A DNA stretch of 64,000 bases from Mesotaenium endlicherianum (taxonomy: Eukaryota), in the NCBI GenBank assembly GCA_009602735.1, contig WELA01002297.1:780773-844772 (forward strand), read 5' to 3'. Made by a program: the position numbers and the translations under genes. The notes under the pieces are model-generated. The model worked only from the letters and a program-made list of their open reading frames with translations, had not been told where the DNA came from and searched no databases. Positions 62,024 to 64,000 of this stretch are shown here, piece after piece; position 1 is the first letter of the stretch, and each line of letters opens with the position of its first letter.

Positions 62024-62237
62024 ACTGAACATGTAACCAGGGCACAAGTTAGTAGGATATCGACCTTTGTCCTAGAAGTTGCAGGAAGGGAGTAAGTTCG
62101 TATTAGTATGGTGTATTCGTTCCTGTTTACCTTACAGGGTGATTGCCAGGAGTTGACGTAGTTGCGGTGCGCTAGACATATACGTATGAATGTGTTTTCA
62201 GGTGTGTTAAGTGATGTATGGCTGTGCGAGGGCCTTT

Positions 62238-62697
62238 TGAAATGAATCGACTTACCAAATAGGCGATTAACAATTAATAAAGATCTTCATATCAGCAAGT
62301 AATCTTTATGATATTTCCGTTAACTGTTTTAACGGCAAAGGACAATACACTAGCAGTGAATAATACTCGTCAGTCAAATGAGAGTAAACTAGCATCAATA
62401 ATGCAAATCAGTAAACTCATACATAAGCAAGGTTAGAAGACAGTTGGTATCAATGGCTTCTTGCCTTGGATTCAGATCTCTCTCAGCAAGCTGTCCAAGA
62501 GAGTTGGCCTCATTTCCAAATCCGAACTCGAGAGCAATGTCTAGCGTATGTACATGGAATGAGTTTACTGTTCAACGGTCAGTGCGATGGCACCGCCTAC
62601 CCGGGAGTTAACCACGTTGGTAGGACCTCGGTTAACCAAATCCACCGCCATCTCCCATCATCCCGAATCGCCATCCATCATAGGGATGTCATCTGGC
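62238..62697 (-). mobile_element. Family-A LTR, running into a gap
   Basis: Starts TGAAATGAATCGACTTACC. No PBS adjacent at <62238. Confidence 0.9.
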
Positions 62698-62807
62698 NNN
62701 NNNNNNNNNNNNNNNNNNNNNNNNNNNNNNNNNNNNNNNNNNNNNNNNNNNNNNNNNNNNNNNNNNNNNNNNNNNNNNNNNNNNNNNNNNNNNNNNNNNN
62801 NNNNNNN

Positions 62808-64000
62808 TTCTAACCTTGCTTATGTATGAGTTTACTGATTTGCATCATTGATGCTAGTTTACTCGCATTTGACTTACGAGTATTATTCCCTGCTAGTGTA
62901 TTGTCCTTTGCCGTTAAAACAGTTAACGGAAATATCATAAAGATTACTTGCTGATATAAAGATCTTTATTAATTGTTAATCGCCTATTTGGTAAGTCGAT
63001 TCATTTCAGTGGTATCGGAGCAGTTATCACAGTCTTCTTTGTATGGTAAGGACAAGGTCTCAAACTAGCAACTCCCGAGACATGGAGAACCTGGATAACG
63101 AGAATGTCGAAAACCAGGCGGAAAGCCATGTAGCGGGAAACCGTACCTATTCGGAAGCAGTAGCAGATGTTGCAGCTAGGGAGGCTGCAGAGGAGGCAGC
63201 TGCTATTGCCGCAGTCGCAGCTCAGCAAGCTGAGGAGGAGAGAACCAGGCTAGAAGCTGAACAAGTAGCAAAGGCCGCTGAAGATACAGAAAGGAGGGAA
63301 AGACAGCCAGCTGACGAGCGCACTGTCGAGGAACTCATGGCATCAAGGGCCAATGTTCTGAACCCACCTCCTGCTGTACAACTCAATGTACCCCTAGGTC
63401 AAATACGTGACCGGCTGAATGCGGCAGGAATTGCTGCTGCAGGAGCGAGAGGGATTGTTGAGGACACTACTCAGCGAGTAGATGCCAATGCTGCTGCTGC
63501 ATTTGCTAATCTACCACCCCAAAGTGTAGACTTGGGAGCATTGTTCGTTCAGATGCAGTCGCAAATGGCGACCATGTATCAGTCCCAGCAGGAGGACAAA
63601 AGAATCATAATGTCCCTACTGCGGGACAGAGACCAACTGGGGTCTCACACCACTAGTGGTGGTGGCCGAGGGCCTAGTAAGCCCAAGCCGAAACCTCCCC
63701 AGGACTATGATCCTGAGGGAAACAGAAAATATTACCTGATCAAGTTTCTCGCGGATGTTGAGCAGTGGCTGGAGAACTACCCAGAACTGCAAGATTACGA
63801 GAAGGTCAGGCACACCGGTGCGCTACTGAAAGGCAGTGCCGCAGACTGGTGGCTTTACTGGAAGGAAGAGCGTAAGGCTCGGCAACTCGGTGACCCTACG
63901 TGGGTAGAGTTTGTCGAGAAGTTGCATGAGAAGTTTGATGTCATCAACCAGCAGGAGAAAGCTATCTATGCGATGATCTCCCTGACACTGAAGCAGACCA
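62808..64000 (+). mobile_element. Family-A retrotransposon 5' end: partial 5' LTR (to 63008), PBS, gag
   Basis: LTR end GATTCATTTCA at 63008. PBS TGGTATCGGAGC at 63010-63021 (tRNA-iMet type). Confidence 0.92.
63043..64000 (+). CDS. gag: gag of the family-A retrotransposon (open to the window edge)
   Basis: Uninterrupted frame MVRTRSQT...KPKPPQDYDP...LLKGSAADWW...TWVEFVEKLHEKF...LKQT, with retrotransposon capsid motifs. Confidence 0.9.
   Translation, partial: MVRTRSQTSNSRDMENLDNENVENQAESHVAGNRTYSEAVADVAAREAAEEAAAIAAVAAQQAEEERTRLEAEQVAKAAEDTERRERQPADERTVEELMASRANVLNPPPAVQLNVPLGQIRDRLNAAGIAAAGARGIVEDTTQRVDANAAAAFANLPPQSVDLGALFVQMQSQMATMYQSQQEDKRIIMSLLRDRDQLGSHTTSGGGRGPSKPKPKPPQDYDPEGNRKYYLIKFLADVEQWLENYPELQDYEKVRHTGALLKGSAADWWLYWKEERKARQLGDPTWVEFVEKLHEKFDVINQQEKAIYAMISLTLKQT

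Larger units (their letters stand above)
59048..62237 (-). mobile_element. 3' part of a family-A retrotransposon: extra ORF, PPT and 3' LTR (59048-59769)
   Basis: LTR TGAAATGAATT...AATTCATCACA. A purine tract GTTGGAGGGAT (59780-59770, minus) abuts the LTR start. The flanks cgatg/atccc are not a TSD, so this is not a solo LTR. Confidence 0.8.

Noticed and set aside
1..64000. tRNA or rRNA genes
   Set aside because: None recognised by eye. The tRNA-complementary stretches are retrotransposon primer-binding sites. tRNAscan-SE or Infernal would be needed to exclude them.

Overview
Eukaryotic nuclear DNA with six N-gaps. It is most consistent with a streptophyte alga (inference from a plastid-type PPR-SMR gene, a U12-type intron, Ty3/gypsy chromoviruses and microsatellite-rich GC-rich introns). 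The first ~30.5 kb holds three multi-exon genes: a 5'-truncated HAD class IIA hydrolase (HDHD5/CECR5-like, +), a PPR protein with a C-terminal SMR-like domain (At5g02830-like, -), and SRP72 (+), head-to-head with the PPR gene. The remainder is more AT-rich and dominated by transposons: a MITE, nested LTRs of two Ty3/gypsy families (called A and B here), a decayed near-complete chromovirus and integrase fragments. Inside it sits a convergent pair of predicted secretory-pathway glycan enzymes, a GT90/KDELC-like glycosyltransferase (+) and an FkbM-type methyltransferase (-). Main observations: (1) an unrecognised extra ORF in the env position of a family-A retrotransposon, preceded by TACTAAC and a splice acceptor; (2) many introns are C-rich after the donor and G-rich before the acceptor, suggesting structure-bridged splicing; (3) SRP72 carries a U12-type intron and a GC-AG intron; (4) a -1 frameshift signal at the family-B gag-pol junction. 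All models were read by eye and no database searches were run.
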